From Takakia lepidozioides (lineage: Eukaryota; Plantae; Bryophyta), in contig CM060734.1 of assembly GCA_030704615.1 (NCBI GenBank), positions 38,874,001 to 38,938,000 of the forward strand: 64,000 nt of DNA. Reading direction: 5' to 3'. The translations under genes were made by a program, and so were the position numbers. The notes under the pieces were generated by a model, which did no database searches, was not told where the DNA came from, and saw only the letters and a list, made by a program, of their open reading frames with translations. Positions 49,157-62,512 of this stretch are shown piece by piece (the stretch's first letter is position 1; every line of letters begins with the position of its first letter).

Positions 49157-52100
49157 GACTACTTGTCTGTTCTAAGGTAAGTCATACTACCGGCGTCAGC
49201 CCCTGACAAAGGTAGTTTCTGTCCCTTTGTGTTCTGCTCAAACTGGGCCCGGGGTCAATGGCCACAAGGCTACGGCAAACAACGTCTTCTGAGTACATTC
49301 TCTCTGACTACCTTTGAACAATAAACAGATGCAGAGAGGAAAGGGAGATTGTCAATGCACAATGTGCGGGTGGCTGAAGGAAAAAACCATTTTCTGATAC
49401 AATGTCTGGGGTTATTTTCATCAAAGAGCGACCCTCTTTGGGACCATCAAGAACATAGTTCCTGCACCTCTGTCCACCAACATTCAAAGTGTTGAGGCTG
49501 AACCGAAAGCCCTGGCCCTGTTGGGGCCTAATTGCTGGGCAGCCCACACACAGCAGCTGTGAATGGCTTTCTAGAGGAAATCTGGAAAGCCTGAATGAAT
49601 TGTTAATACCAAGGTAAGTCCCACTACTGAAGTGAGCCCCTCACAAAGGTAGTGTCCGTTCCCTTTTGTTTCATAACGTCTCAGGAGTATACTTGAAGTT
49701 TTATAACTACTCTAATAGCTTGATGTTTGTGCATGGATTAAGCAGGAGTGAGGTATTTGGAGAAGGCAGTGTTCCAATTTGACTATGGACAATTGAAGCT
49801 GGTATTTCATGCTTTGGAAGAGCGTGCCCGCATGCTTCAGAATGCTCCCCACCTTTGTACTCCATTACCCACCATGACTCCTTGTTACGCATGGTACGGA
49901 ACATGTTTTCCATTTTTTTCCTCAGGGGAAATCTATACGTGTGCTTTGGTTTAAACCCCTTTACTGGTAGTATTGCCACATGTTTCATGTCCCTCTCTCA
50001 TCTCTGTCACATTTTTTCCAGCGGAGGGGTGAGTTGATCCTTCAAGTTGAACTCTTTGGTCATCTTCGGACCGTTTCAATGATGTGCAGGTGGGAGATAC
50101 CGTATTACTGGGCTGGATTAAAAATGTACGACTTGGTGGCTGGGAGCCGTATGCTTCACATATCACGGTATTTCTCAAGCAAAGAATCATTGGAGCTCTT
50201 CCCTACACTAGCCAAGGAGACTGCACATCAGAAAACCCTGAAGGGAACCGTTGTATATTATGATGGCCAAATGAACGACTCCCGTTTGAATGTAGCACTT
50301 GCCTGCACAGCTGCTTTGGGAGGAGCGGCAGTGCTCAACCATGCGGATGCTGTTTCTCTGAAGAAGGATGAGATAACTGGGCGCATTACAGGTTCAATAA
50401 TCAAGAACTTACTGGTTAACATTTTCGGATCTATTTAAGGGTGATTGGGGCCTGGTAGAGGGACAGGGAAGGAGCACAACAGAATGGCATACATCTACAC
50501 TGCTAGGGGGATATGTCAGTTAAACAGGGTGTATGCCATGCACCTGCTGACAATGAGCCTCTAGCAGATTTTCTTCAGCCCAGGTGTGGTGTTGTAACTG
50601 GCTTACAAGTTTTGAATCAGCAACTGAGAGCAATCAAAGGATTAAACTTGTGAATTTCTTTGTTGTCTTGTAGGTGCTCGCATCCGCAACAAGTTAACAG
50701 GTAAGGAATTTGACGTGTATGCCAAGGTGGTAGTCAATGCAGCTGGCCCCTTCTGCGATGAGATCCGGAAAATGTCAGACCAAAATGCATCATCGATGAT
50801 CTCTCCCTCCAGTGGGGTTCACATTATCCTCCCTGATTACTACTCCCCTGACCATATGGGCCTTATCGTTCCCAAGACCAAAGATGGACGGGTGGTTTTC
50901 ATGCTGCCATGGCTTGGGCGCACAGTGGCAGGGACAACAGACTCGAGCACTACACTCACCATGCGACCAGAACCACAGGAGGAGGAGATTCAATTCATTT
51001 TGGATGCAATTAGTGACTACTTAGTGGTGAAGGTACTGGCCCAGTCTGTGCATCAGACAAATTGCCCTTCTCATGATGCTTTCCATTTTTCAATTTGTGC
51101 TGCTCACACCTACCTCCTGCCCAGATCGCACAGACCCCAACTATATTTGCCCTTGTGACATCAATCCAACGTTTGACCCTTTGTGGATGTCAGCGATTTG
51201 TCATAAAGCCATGGTTGTCTCATGACATCTCAAATCTCCCTCCTACATAGTGTATCCGGCGAACAAATTGGCTAGTGTGAGGGGTGGGGGGAGATAATCT
51301 GAAAGGGGATTATTAACTAATGATCCAAAGTACAAGGAATGGTCCCCAATCTAGGTAGGACACCTGGTCAACTTCCTTTGCACGGTCTGTTCCCTTACAG
51401 CTATTTTTTCAGCCTTTAAGAGAGGGATTGCATGTGTGAGGGGGATTGCATATGCACCTGTCAGCAAACGTTGAGGCAGATATACTCTTTTCATGGAACG
51501 CTAGACTGAGTCCCCGCTTCTGTCCAAGAATGGGTCCAATACACCCATTAATCACAGTTTTGTGGAGGACTAGGCATGTTCACGTCTGTTCATAAATGGT
51601 TATTTGCAGGTTCGGCGATCAGATGTCATGTCAGCATGGAGTGGCATCCGGCCATTGGCTACTGATCCAAATGTGAAGGACACAGCATCAATAAGCAGGG
51701 ACCATGTAGTCTGTACGGACCCAGATGGCTTGGTCACCATCACCGGTGGCAAGTGGACCACGTACAGAAGGTAAGTTGTTATGGACTAAGAGTGGAGGAA
51801 CGAAAACAGTTGAGAAAGCGGGAGACAAAGAGACGTGCACTCATTGATGTATCCGTGTGAACATACCTTCAGACCGAACTGCCATTGGATACTGACCCGT
51901 GTGTGCAGCCAACAACAATCCTGCCAGAGAAAGGGAGAGAGAACAGAGAGATGGTGGTGAAAATGACTGCAATGATGTACTCAATGAGACATCCTCTGTC
52001 ATGGACCCAGTGCCCTGTTTGGAGGGCAGAAAGGTGGGAGAGAGGGGGAAGGGGAAGGGAGGGGAACAACCACAGTCACAGGAGGCTAGTAAATAGTGAA

Positions 52101-54765
52101 AACTGGCCTTCCAGATTGTCTCTAGGAACTCTTAACTCTAGCATCTCTTCCCTGCGGCTATGTCTACTAGAATCCAGACCCAAAAGGAAGCTTTTGGTTT
52201 TGTCGTCAGCTTCTTGAATTGATGAAAGAGGTGCAGTGTGTCTTGTTGAATGCAGTATGTATTCCAAAAAGCACCAAAAAATGCTCACTATCAGGCCCAT
52301 GCATTAGAGATTTTCCCATTGGATTAAGAGAGGTAGGCAGCCTATTCCAGGTTTCAAACTTCAACCAAGTACCCAGGAGGGGGATGCTTTGTAGATAGTC
52401 ATTTTGACCAGTTTTTCACCAAAGGTTGGAAAGAAGCTGAGAGTATATTTGTGCCAGGCAAAGGTCCTTCACTTTGTAGTGAACTTTTCCTCTGTTGCTT
52501 CACAATATGTGGCCTTCATCTCCTCTCCTGCACTTCTCAATGAGAAAGAGAGAGAGAGAGAATGTACTAATGAAGACGATGTTTGACATAGCCTTGTGGC
52601 CATCGACCGCGCGCTCAATTTGAGCGGGGGTTCCAGATATCCTCTAGAAATCCCTTCACACAAGCATCAATCTGCTGTATGTGAGAGAGAGAGAGAGAGA
52701 GAGAGAGAGGCTAGAATGTCAATGTGGTTGGGAGCAGCTGCATCTTCCTGATTCTAGATCCGTGTTTGAAAGGAGGATAGAATGGCCTGACAGAGTTGAC
52801 TAATTTTCTTCACCTTGGGGTTTCAGCATGGCAGAGGATGCTGTTGATGCTGCTATCAAGAGTGGGTCGCTACAACCAAGCAATGGTTGTGTGACACAGG
52901 TCCCTCTCTCTTTCTCTCTCTCTAGCTTAGTAAATGCGAAGTGGTGGTTTTCGATGATTGTGGGGAGGGATCCCAAATGGACTGGGAGTCAAGAGATCCT
53001 TGTGTTCCCTTCGTATATTCCTCCAGTTGCAACTGGGACGCATATAAAGTGGTTCAACCAGCTAAATGCAAAGCTTTGGGCCTCGCTAAATTTTTCCACT
53101 GCAGAGGGATTAAAACTGAAGTTAAATCAACCTTGCTTTGCAACTTTCGCATCTTCTGTGTGGGTCGATAACTCCAACCATGCTAAATCTCGAGAATCCA
53201 TTCAGGTTGCAGTGCTCAAAGAGAGCATATCAGTGTGCTCTAGAACAGCTAACGTGGCTGTTTGGAGCAAGTTTGACATACATGCCTTAAGCTCTCGATG
53301 TTAAGAGTTCAAGGTCAGATGGTAGGGTCAGTTGAATCACATGTCTAATAACAGACACCCTAAGCTAATCAACTCTATTTCTTGGCAGCAAGACCGTCCA
53401 GTTATACAGGCTAAGTAGTTGCAGTGTCTAATGCCATGTCGGATGCCCAAAGACTGTCCGATGAAAATGAAGTTAGTCATAGAACTTCCCTGATCTTGTT
53501 TCCAGTCTGTGACATGGGCAAGGACCTTAAGGATTATCTCAAGGGCCTACCTACCTTCAACACTAGACTGAAGTTTAAACTCAGTGTGGGAAGCCTACCT
53601 TTGAACAATAGACAGAGGCAGATTTGAAGAGGAGATTGTAATTAGTGAGACTCTTCAGGAACATCAAGAACATTGTCCTCGCCCCTCTGCTCACCAACTT
53701 AGAAAATATTGCTAAAGCCCTGGCCCAATACTACTGGAGTGAGCTCCTCACGAAGGTGTTTTCTGTTCCCTTTTGTTCCGCTCAAACTGGCCGCTGTGGT
53801 CCATGGCCATAAGGCTACGGCAAACAATGTCTTATGAGTACATTCTCTAGCTTACAAGGCTACAGAAAATGTCTTCTACATTTTCTGTAACTTTCGCTTT
53901 TCTTCGATCACTGGAAAGCAACCGACTCAGGTTGCCAGTTTGGCTTTGGCTCGTTTTGCTGAAAGTTAGGGTCTAGAGGTTCTGTTGTTCTCCTTTCGTG
54001 TCCTTCAACCTTTCTTTTGGTGCAGGCATTGCCCTTGGTTGGTGCTGATGGGTGGGATCCATCCTCCTTCACTGTACTAGCACAACACTATGTGCGCATG
54101 AAGCGAACTTATGGTGGCAAGATAGTTCCTGGAGCCATGGACACAGCTGCAGCCAAACACCTTGTGAGCGCTTATGGTGGCCTGGCCTCACGTGTGGCAC
54201 TCATTGCCCAGGTAGGGTTTTTTCCCCTCGTTTGATCTCCGCTCCATTGTCCTGACAACTTCTGCCTCTAAGGAGAAGTAGAAGGCTTGATACCAGTCAT
54301 TGTCCCAGCAGCTAAAATGACCCTGCTTGGCTTACTTAATAACGTGCATCAAACTAAGCACTCTGAACAACAAACTTTGGAGTGGTCTATCTCTTCAACT
54401 GAAGATAATTACCTTACCCATGGCAATGAGAAGAATTGTACAGTAATTTTTGGTTGACATGGCAGCTGGAAGGGCTGGGAAAGAGGCTGGCACATGGGTA
54501 CCCCTATCTAGAGGCAGAGGTGGCATATTGTGCACGCAACGAGTATTGTGAGTCGGCCGTTGACTTCATTGCTCGGAGATCAAGGCTTGCATTTCTTGAC
54601 ACAGATGCTGCTGGCAGGGCCTTGCCCCGGGTCATTGAGATTCTTGCTGCTGAGCATCGATGGGATAAATCTAGGAGAAGGGCTGAGATGGCAGATGCCA
54701 AAGCCTTCCTAGAGACTTTCAAATCTTCACATAATGCACAATTTGATGATGGAAAACACCGATGA
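47938..54765 (+). CDS. SDP6: Mitochondrial FAD-dependent glycerol-3-phosphate dehydrogenase, 9 exons
   Basis: Exons 47938-48184, 48972-49097, 49746-49893, 50090-50391, 50674-51032, 51610-51770, 52827-52899, 54026-54211 and 54466-54765. Motifs [66 protein letters not shown] and [13 protein letters not shown]. Confidence 0.95.
49101..49156. repeat. (CT)n microsatellite at the start of SDP6 intron 2
   Basis: Imperfect CT dinucleotide run. Confidence 0.9.
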
Positions 54766-56455
54766 TTACAAGAGAATTGCAGCGTGGTCAGGCTGCATAT
54801 AACCGACAACCCAAGTGGATTGGTTTGATTTAAATCCAACCTCTCTGGCCTGACCAAGATTCTTGTCCGTTGATGGATTGAACCTGGATTGGTCCGAATT
54901 TCTTGGTGCTTGTCTATACATCTGCTTCTTCGTCAAGCTGTGCATACTTAGAACTCAAGTAGGCTCATGTAGTGAAACAGTCAGTATCTTTTATGATGTT
55001 ACTGCATTTAATAGCTCAGGAGGATGTGGTACCTCATCTGCCTGAAGGGAGTCAAGAAGGGGGAAGTGGACCCTTAGACTTCTTACCTTTCTCAATGATT
55101 ACAAGGCTGGCAGTTATCAGGAATTTTTTCCTGCTTGCGCAGATTCTTGATTCTTTGCTAAATGCTTGATCATTCTATGACTCTGAAAGCCTTCATCCAC
55201 CGTGACCACTGAAATAAAAGCTTAATTTTTTTTAACTTCAACTGAACCACTGTTGAATGACATGAGGAGAATGGCTCTTTTGTCAATCTGTTATGCCGCT
55301 CAGCAATCACTATCTGAAGGGACATCTTGGTTTGACATCTGGTTTTTTTTACGCCGGTGAAGGGCAGCTGACGGGGCCCTTCAACGTTTTAAAGAATGGG
55401 TGAACGAGTACTTGGGCATTCTTAAAACGGTGGAAGGGCCTCAACAGCTGCCCTTCCCATATACTAAGATTTCTTCATACATGTGAGAGAGGGTCATTGT
55501 GAGGGGGGTTTGCCCAAGTTCAAACTTCAAACCAAGTGGCAGCACCACATGCGTTGGCCAAATTGGACCTTTTTCTTTTTTTTTTTTTTTTTTTTTTTGG
55601 ATGAAGGATCCCACTGCCCACCTGCATATAACTGACAATCCATCATTCAAATCTTAAAAGAACTTGGAATGTGCATAGTGTGCATAGTTTTAGTGTTGCA
55701 ACTAGTGGTTCATGCAATGGTAGCATTCAGAGCTCCAATAGGATAAGTTATACCAGACCACGCCTCATATCCCCCTAGTACCTATTGCTTCAAAAAAACT
55801 TCGTTATTGATACCTGGCATACCTTCCGTGTATGTCAAAAAACTGTATTGCATATCATAGTCGTACCTAGCCGACCCTTTACCAGCTACATACTACACTA
55901 CATACCACGGTAGTACTCTACTGCTCCCTCTTAATTCCAGCCTTGACATACCAGGACCAGTCTGGTATGAGAACAGTGACCAATATTACAGTACAACACT
56001 CATCTAACCTTTTGGGGAAAAAAGAAAAGAAAATAATACAGTAGGTAGAGAATATACTATACTAGTAGGTTCTCCATCCGGATATGCATATACACATACC
56101 TATAGAGTTATATCCTAGAGAGCCTGAAAAGTGAAGGAAGAGGTAGGGTACCCAAAAGCACGAGCCAAGGGCAGTGCAACGCTCTGTGGATTGGCCTTCG
56201 CATCTGTTCGCAATCCCAGCGCAGCCTATCGCAGCGCGCACCCGCGATAACGCAGCCTTCAGCCCTGCCCCACAGTGGACCCACACGCATCGCTTCACAC
56301 AATCGAAGCGCGACAACTGGAGGGTAGCTCAGGTGGGTCGGTTGGAGAGAGGGGCGAGGAGGGGAGTATCGGGAGGATTTGGGTGGTGAGAGCCAGGAGA
56401 GAGAGTCTGTGTGCAAGGTCCGAGCAAGCTTGAGCATTGCAGCGGGAGAAGCAGC

Positions 56456-57719
56456 ATGGCGGTGGCAAGCAGCGCATCGATCGGGCAGCTGTCGGCTGTT
56501 GTGTCTGGCTCCTCTTTCGTTAGGAGTTCACGCTGCCTGCGTTCGTGCCCGTCGGTTTCCTTCGCTGTAAGCAATGGCTCCCGGGTGGTGGCGATGGCCA
56601 CCAAGAAGGTGACGGCTAAGCCCAAGTCGGGTAAGAAGTCGTGGCTTCCGGGCGTCAGGGGTGGCGGAGATTTGGTCGACCCTGAGTGGTTGGATGGATC
56701 GTAAGTTTTCCTTTGCTCTGGTCTACAATTGAAGTTGACATTGGGCTCTCGTCTGATGAAGCAGTAAACAATTTCTAAGCGAGTCGTTCATCATTGAATT
56801 TGCGTCATATTGTTGATCTACACGCTGAGGGAGGGCCGTTATGAGCTCCACGAGTAAGTAAGCACAGCAATTCATGATACATTTCCTGAAAAATGCATGA
56901 ATGGCGGGTAAGGTTATGAGTGCCGCACTGATCGTTTTGTGGGTATGCCACTGTTTGAGATCGTTTCTCTACATCTTGTTCATCTGGCATGTAGACACTA
57001 CTGGCTTTGTGTTGGACCCGCTGGTGGCTGGACGCGGCTTCATACAGTCGTGTCTCACGCGATGTCAGCAGTACACCCTTCGAATGTAGCAAGAAGTGAA
57101 CTGTCCAGATTGCTAATGTTGCGTAGGTTCATAGTCTGGGAGAGTCGTTAACTTCTGATTGGTGGACAGTCTTCCAGGAGACTATGGGTTTGATCCATTG
57201 GGACTCGGAAAGGATCCATCGGCACTTAAGTGGTACCGAGAAGCCGAGCTGATTCACGGCAGATGGGCAATGGCTGCTGTTCTTGGCATCTTCGTCGGAC
57301 AGGCCTGGAGTGGCGTGCCCTGGTTTGAGGCAGGCGCCGACCCCGGCGCTGTGGCGCCATTCTCGTTCGGGACGCTGCTTGGAACTCAGCTCTTGCTCAT
57401 GGGGTGGGTGGAGAGCAAGAGGTGGGCAGATTTTGTGAACCCAGGTACGCAGGCTCTTGAATGGGCAACTCCCTGGTCGAGAACCGCAGACAACTTCAAC
57501 AACACCACTGGCCAGCAAGGTTACCCCGGTGGCAAGTTCTTTGACCCCTTGGCGTTTGCCGGGCAGATCAAGGGAGGAAAGTACACTGCAGACTTGGGCA
57601 AGTTAGAAAGGTTGCAGTTGGCTGAGATCAAGCACGCCAGACTTGCTATGGTGGCCATGCTCATCTTCTACTTGGAGGCTGGACAGGGTCTGACCCCTCT
57701 GGGAGCTCTTGGTTTGTAA
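56456..57719 (+). CDS. LHCB6: Chlorophyll a/b-binding protein CP24
   Basis: Exons 56456-56700 and 57170-57719. [51 protein letters not shown] and [12 protein letters not shown]-terminal transit peptide. Confidence 0.96.
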
Positions 57720-57884
57720 ATTTTTGCGGGCTTTCCGAAAATGTTATGATAGAAAACAGGTTGTTTCTTATTCAACGTTGGGCGGTTTAGGCGCTTCCCT
57801 TGGATCTTTCTGTCCTGCAACGCTAACGGAGCTTTGGATGGTCAGCTGCGGAGAAGGTCTCTGATAAGATAGTTCATTTCTTGG

Positions 57885-59562
57885 TGGACCTTAATTCATA
57901 ACTTGTTGCCACCCTCCATCGAATGGAATCTTGTGTATTGATTGCACCTTCATGCTGGGATTTGCCTTGGCCAATCCTCTCTTGTTAAGCCTGCAGCATA
58001 GAGTATGTTGGTGTTGTGTCATGTGGCTTGCAACAACAGCAAATAGAGAAAGGGGTTACAATTGTGCTCTTACAACTCCTTGAGCATTGTGACAGACAGG
58101 TAGCATTGTATACAAAGGGAGAAAGGTTGACAGTTGCTGAAGCATAAATGATGGGGTCTCTTCACACTGAAGGGGAACAACATTGTAAGCAAGATATAAT
58201 TAACAGCTTGCAGGTTATAAAAAAAATGATCTCTAGCAGTTTACTGATAGTAGGAAACTTGAGCCTCAACATGGAAAAGATATCGCAGAGCGTACAAAAT
58301 GCCAAGAAATTGCTCATGGATCTTCAAGACATCACTGAAGTCCCTGAGTTTGTTCTCAAACTGATCCACGTTTTCGAGCTTCTGTAGCAAACCTTCACCC
58401 TGAGCCATGCATTCCATTCATAACCAGCTTTTGTGCCATCTACCAGTTGTCTTGTCTAAGATTATGAGGCATTTGGTTTGCCACTATTTCTCAAAAGTCC
58501 AGCAATCTCAAATTGGACCTTAAACTGGACCTTACTTCATAACATGTTGCCACCCTCCATCGAATGGAATCTTGTATGGCAAATAGAGACAGGGGTTATG
58601 AAAAAAATGATCTCTCTGGAAGTTTCCTGATAGTGGGAAACTTGAGCCTCAACGCGGAAAGATATTGCCAGAGCGTACACAATTCCAATGCCAAGAAATT
58701 GCTCACGGACCTTCAAGACGTCATTGAAGTCCCTGAAGTTGTTCTCAAACTGATCCATGTTTTCGAGCTTCTGTGGCAAACCTTCATTCCCGGAGCTATG
58801 CATTCCATTCATAACCAGCTTTTGTGCCATCTACCAGTTGTCTTGTCTAAGATTATGAGGCATTTGGTTTGCCACTATTTCTCAAAAGTTCAGCAATCTC
58901 AAATTGGACCTTAAACTGGACCTTAATTCATAACACGTTGCCACCCTCCATCGAATGGAATCTTGTATGTTGATTGCACCTTCATGCTGGGATTTGCCTT
59001 GGCCAATCCTCTCTTGTTAAGCCTGCAGCATAGAGTACAATGTTGGTGTTGTGTCATGTGGCTTGCAACAACAGCAAATAGAGAAAGGGGTTACAAATTG
59101 CACTCTTACAACTCCGTGAGCGGTGTGACAGACAGGTAGCATTGTATACAAAGGGAGAAAAAGGTTAACAACTGCTGAAGCATAAATGATGGGGTCTCTT
59201 CACCCTGAAGGGGTACAACATTGTACACATTATATAATTAACAGCTTGCAGGTTATGAAAAAAATGATCTCTCGAGCAGTTTCCTGATAGTAGGAAACTT
59301 GAGCCTCAACATGGGAAAGATATCGCAGAGTGTACACAATGCCAATGCCAAGAAATTGCTCACAGACCTTCAAGACGTCATTGAAGTCCCTGAATTTGTT
59401 CTCAAACTGATCCATGTTTTCGAGCTTCTGTAGCAAACCTTCATTCCCGGAGCTATGCATTCCATTCATAACCAGCTTTTGTGCCATCTACCAGTTGTCT
59501 TGTCTAATATTATGAGGCATTTCGTCTGCCACTATTTCTCAAAAGTTCAGCAATCTCAAATT
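57885..59562. repeat. Tandem triplication (units 57885-58525, 58526-58916 internally deleted, 58917-59562)
   Basis: Each unit starts TGGACCTTA(A/C)TTCATAAC and ends ...CAGCAATCTCAAAT. Both junctions carry the same TGGACCTTAAAC filler. Confidence 0.92.
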
Positions 59563-59734
59563 TGCTCAATCGCATTTAGTCCTCCCCTTGTATTTACACA
59601 AGTTCACACCCTCAGCTCGTGCCATCCACATAGATGCTGGCACTAGTTGTCAGCTTCTGTATTCAGAGGTCTTTGGCCACTGATAACTACGCATATTTCT
59701 GTATGACTGAAAAAGATTTTGGAGGTCAGAGGTT

Positions 59735-61385
59735 TCAGATTTCGGTTTCAGAGGTATATACCAACTCGTAACCAAGCATATCTCTGTATGACTGAAAAAG
59801 ACTTTTTGTCTGAGTGCTTGAGTCGGTTCCGGTAGTTCTGCTGGCACTTTCTTTCATGATTTTGGGCCTTACTTCTTCACCGTCGCTATCGGCAATCTCT
59901 AAGACCATGCAGCCGTCTGGAGTGTAACATTCCTTGTGACAGTCGGTGGACTTGGGGTTTCGCTTGCTATTCCGAGATTTCCCATCAAGCTTGGTTGTAG
60001 TTATCTTGTCCGCAACAGGCTGCCTTGAGCCCATTCGGCGACGAGAGGAACTGCTGCCCCTAATCAGTTCAGTGGATGTTGCTGCCGTCTCCTGTCACAT
60101 TGTCCAAGAAATGAGCACAAATATGAGTATTGAACAGTATCTCTAATGAAATGGAAACTATATCACCTCCCCCCACCTCCTAGGTTCATAGATTTTATGC
60201 CATCTAGTCTCCAACGCCCCTTTCAGACTTACTTTTGCACTATGCCCACTCTCCTTAGGACTCCTCCAACTGTCCTCTCGACAGAAACGAAACTTACCGA
60301 ATGAGAACGCATGACATACATAGAAAAACTAGAGAATCGGCCCTGAATCGCTGCAAGGAAAACTAGACAAGAGACCCTACCAAGACCCTAGACAAGAGAC
60401 CGCTGCACAAAAGAGCCGAGACAGCCTCAAGCGCAAGAAGCCATAAAGACAGACAGGCCCCTCACCAACGTAGCCAAAGTGGTGTTGTTAAGAGCGCGTG
60501 GTGTGTCCTCCTTGGACTCGTTAAGCACTTCGACTGCGAAATGAGAAAGTGCGAGGAGATAGAAGACCAACCGGTCTCCACTCTTCAAGCTATTTGCAAC
60601 TACAAATTTCTTCCACCCCTCGCCAAAACTGACTCTCGGATAAGACAGAGAAAAATGAACGAGCACCCGGACCACCCATAGTCGGCCACATGGGTCTTGA
60701 AGGGTGACTGTTTCTTTGAACTTATTGCCATGTCGTTGCACGAACTCTGCGGGAAGCTCCTAGACAAACCATAAGGCGAAGATTGGAAGGTACATCATAG
60801 CATTACATTAGAGCATACAACATCAGACACAAATCTATCTTGTAGGAAGCCGATCTAGAAACTGAAAGATCGCATGAATTTTAAGCAGATTTTTGGAGAT
60901 GAGTTCATGAAACAATCAACTTGACAGGAGTTCTCTACCTTCAGCACTTTCCAACAGATTTGGCTTCCACGAGAGCCGATGAAAACAAAATCTATGATTC
61001 AAAAGACTGATCTAGAAACTGACATGAGGGAACTTAAGGTCACAAGCGCAGGTCAGCAACTGCACTGCACCACAGTCATGCAATTCTATCTCGTGAACAT
61101 CGAAGTCTGTGGTCCGTGGCTGCCTTTTATTACGAAATGTGCCCACAAAAGAAAGATTTGTCTAAATTTTCTCGCCACTGAAATTGAACTGGGTGAGTTT
61201 GGAAGCCTCACCAGAGCGCAACCCCTCGGCGAGTCCTGTCTGAAGCAGTTGGAGGCGGTCAGAGTTTTGGTAAAGGAGGAAGATCCAGAATTGGCTACCT
61301 TCCCCCTCGCAATTCTACAACCTCTACAATCTGTGCTGGTAGAGGACTTGAATTTCTTTCTGCCTTCGATGGGGGCAGCAGCCAT
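59735..61385 (-). CDS. REM/VRN1-type B3-domain protein (3' end uncertain)
   Basis: Exons 61212-61385, 60466-60759 and from 60091 down. SFTKTLTAS...LELPAEFVQRH...VTLQDPCGRLWVV...FGEGWKKFVVANSLKSGDRLVF is a B3 fold signature. Confidence 0.82.
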
Positions 61386-61917
61386 GGTTCATCTCCTTCA
61401 TTCGTGACCATCAACACTGCAAGGATCGCTCAAGACTGTCGCTGCTTATGAACCACAGTCCAAGTGTCGCTGTGTATGCGCGGGTAGGTGCTGCAGACCG
61501 CACGTGCCAGTCTGACAGGGATGGTCAGCTGTCACACCAATGAACTGCTCACTTTCCAAACCTAAAAAGGTGAAAAAGTGCACAAAATGCAATTCTACAG
61601 CAAAAACTGCATCTTGGAAGTACTTAGTTTTTTTTTTTTTTTTGAAAAGGTATGAGAGTGACCTTTTGAATTTATTATACTGAGGAAAAAGTAACCTCAA
61701 GAAGTACTAGTTTTGAGGTTAGCTATTTCATGAGCATGAGCGGAGTTAGAAGTACAAATTTTGGAAATAAAAAACATTAAAAATGAATTATTTTAATAGA
61801 ATGTGTTAGAAAAAAAGCTAATATAATATTCATTGTTTGAAGTAGAAATTGTAGTTTTGAGAGCAGTGCTCATGATATTTCGTCTTCCGCTCATGCGAAT
61901 TCCGAGCGACATCTGCA

Positions 61918-62234
61918 AAAATGGCGCCGAATTTCGCGGTAATAGGTTCCGCAAGCGGAGAAATCGGTGACGTATTGCGCGGTAATAGGTGTCTCCGGTG
62001 AAAAATGGTGCCGAATTTCGCGGTTATAGGTCTCAACTTGATTGAAGTGTAAGCCCAAAAGTTGGAAATGTGGCACCGAATTTCGGTACATGGTGCCGGG
62101 CATTGCACAAATGTTGGGCAGTTCTGGGCCATGTAACTGGGAAATTCAGCGCCATTTTTCCAGACATCGTTTCCAGACAATGTTGGGACTTAGCCAGTTT
62201 TCGGCCCAAAATAGGGAAATTCGGCGCCATTTTT
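61918..62234. repeat. Subterminal-type short repeats AAAATGGCGCCGAATTTC in both orientations
   Basis: Direct copies at ~61918, 62001 and 62071. Inverted copies at 62141 and 62216. Confidence 0.8.
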
Positions 62235-62512
62235 CCAGAAATGGCCCCCTCAATTGCAACTGTTGGCATTCAGTTTTCTGGAAGATTTGCAAATTTTTCC
62301 TGCCGCCATCTTTGTATTGATTCTGTTTCGACATTGAATTGTCACTGGACGTCAACGGCTATCCAGCAGTCCATAGTGTTTAAAAGACATCACTTTAATA
62401 TTATCTGTCTCATTCCAGGAGTTTTGGGGTGCAATTCATTACACTGCAAAACAAAGTCTAATGCATCAAAATGCAATTGCAAATATCCATATGGTGGATT
62501 CCCTTTGGCCCA

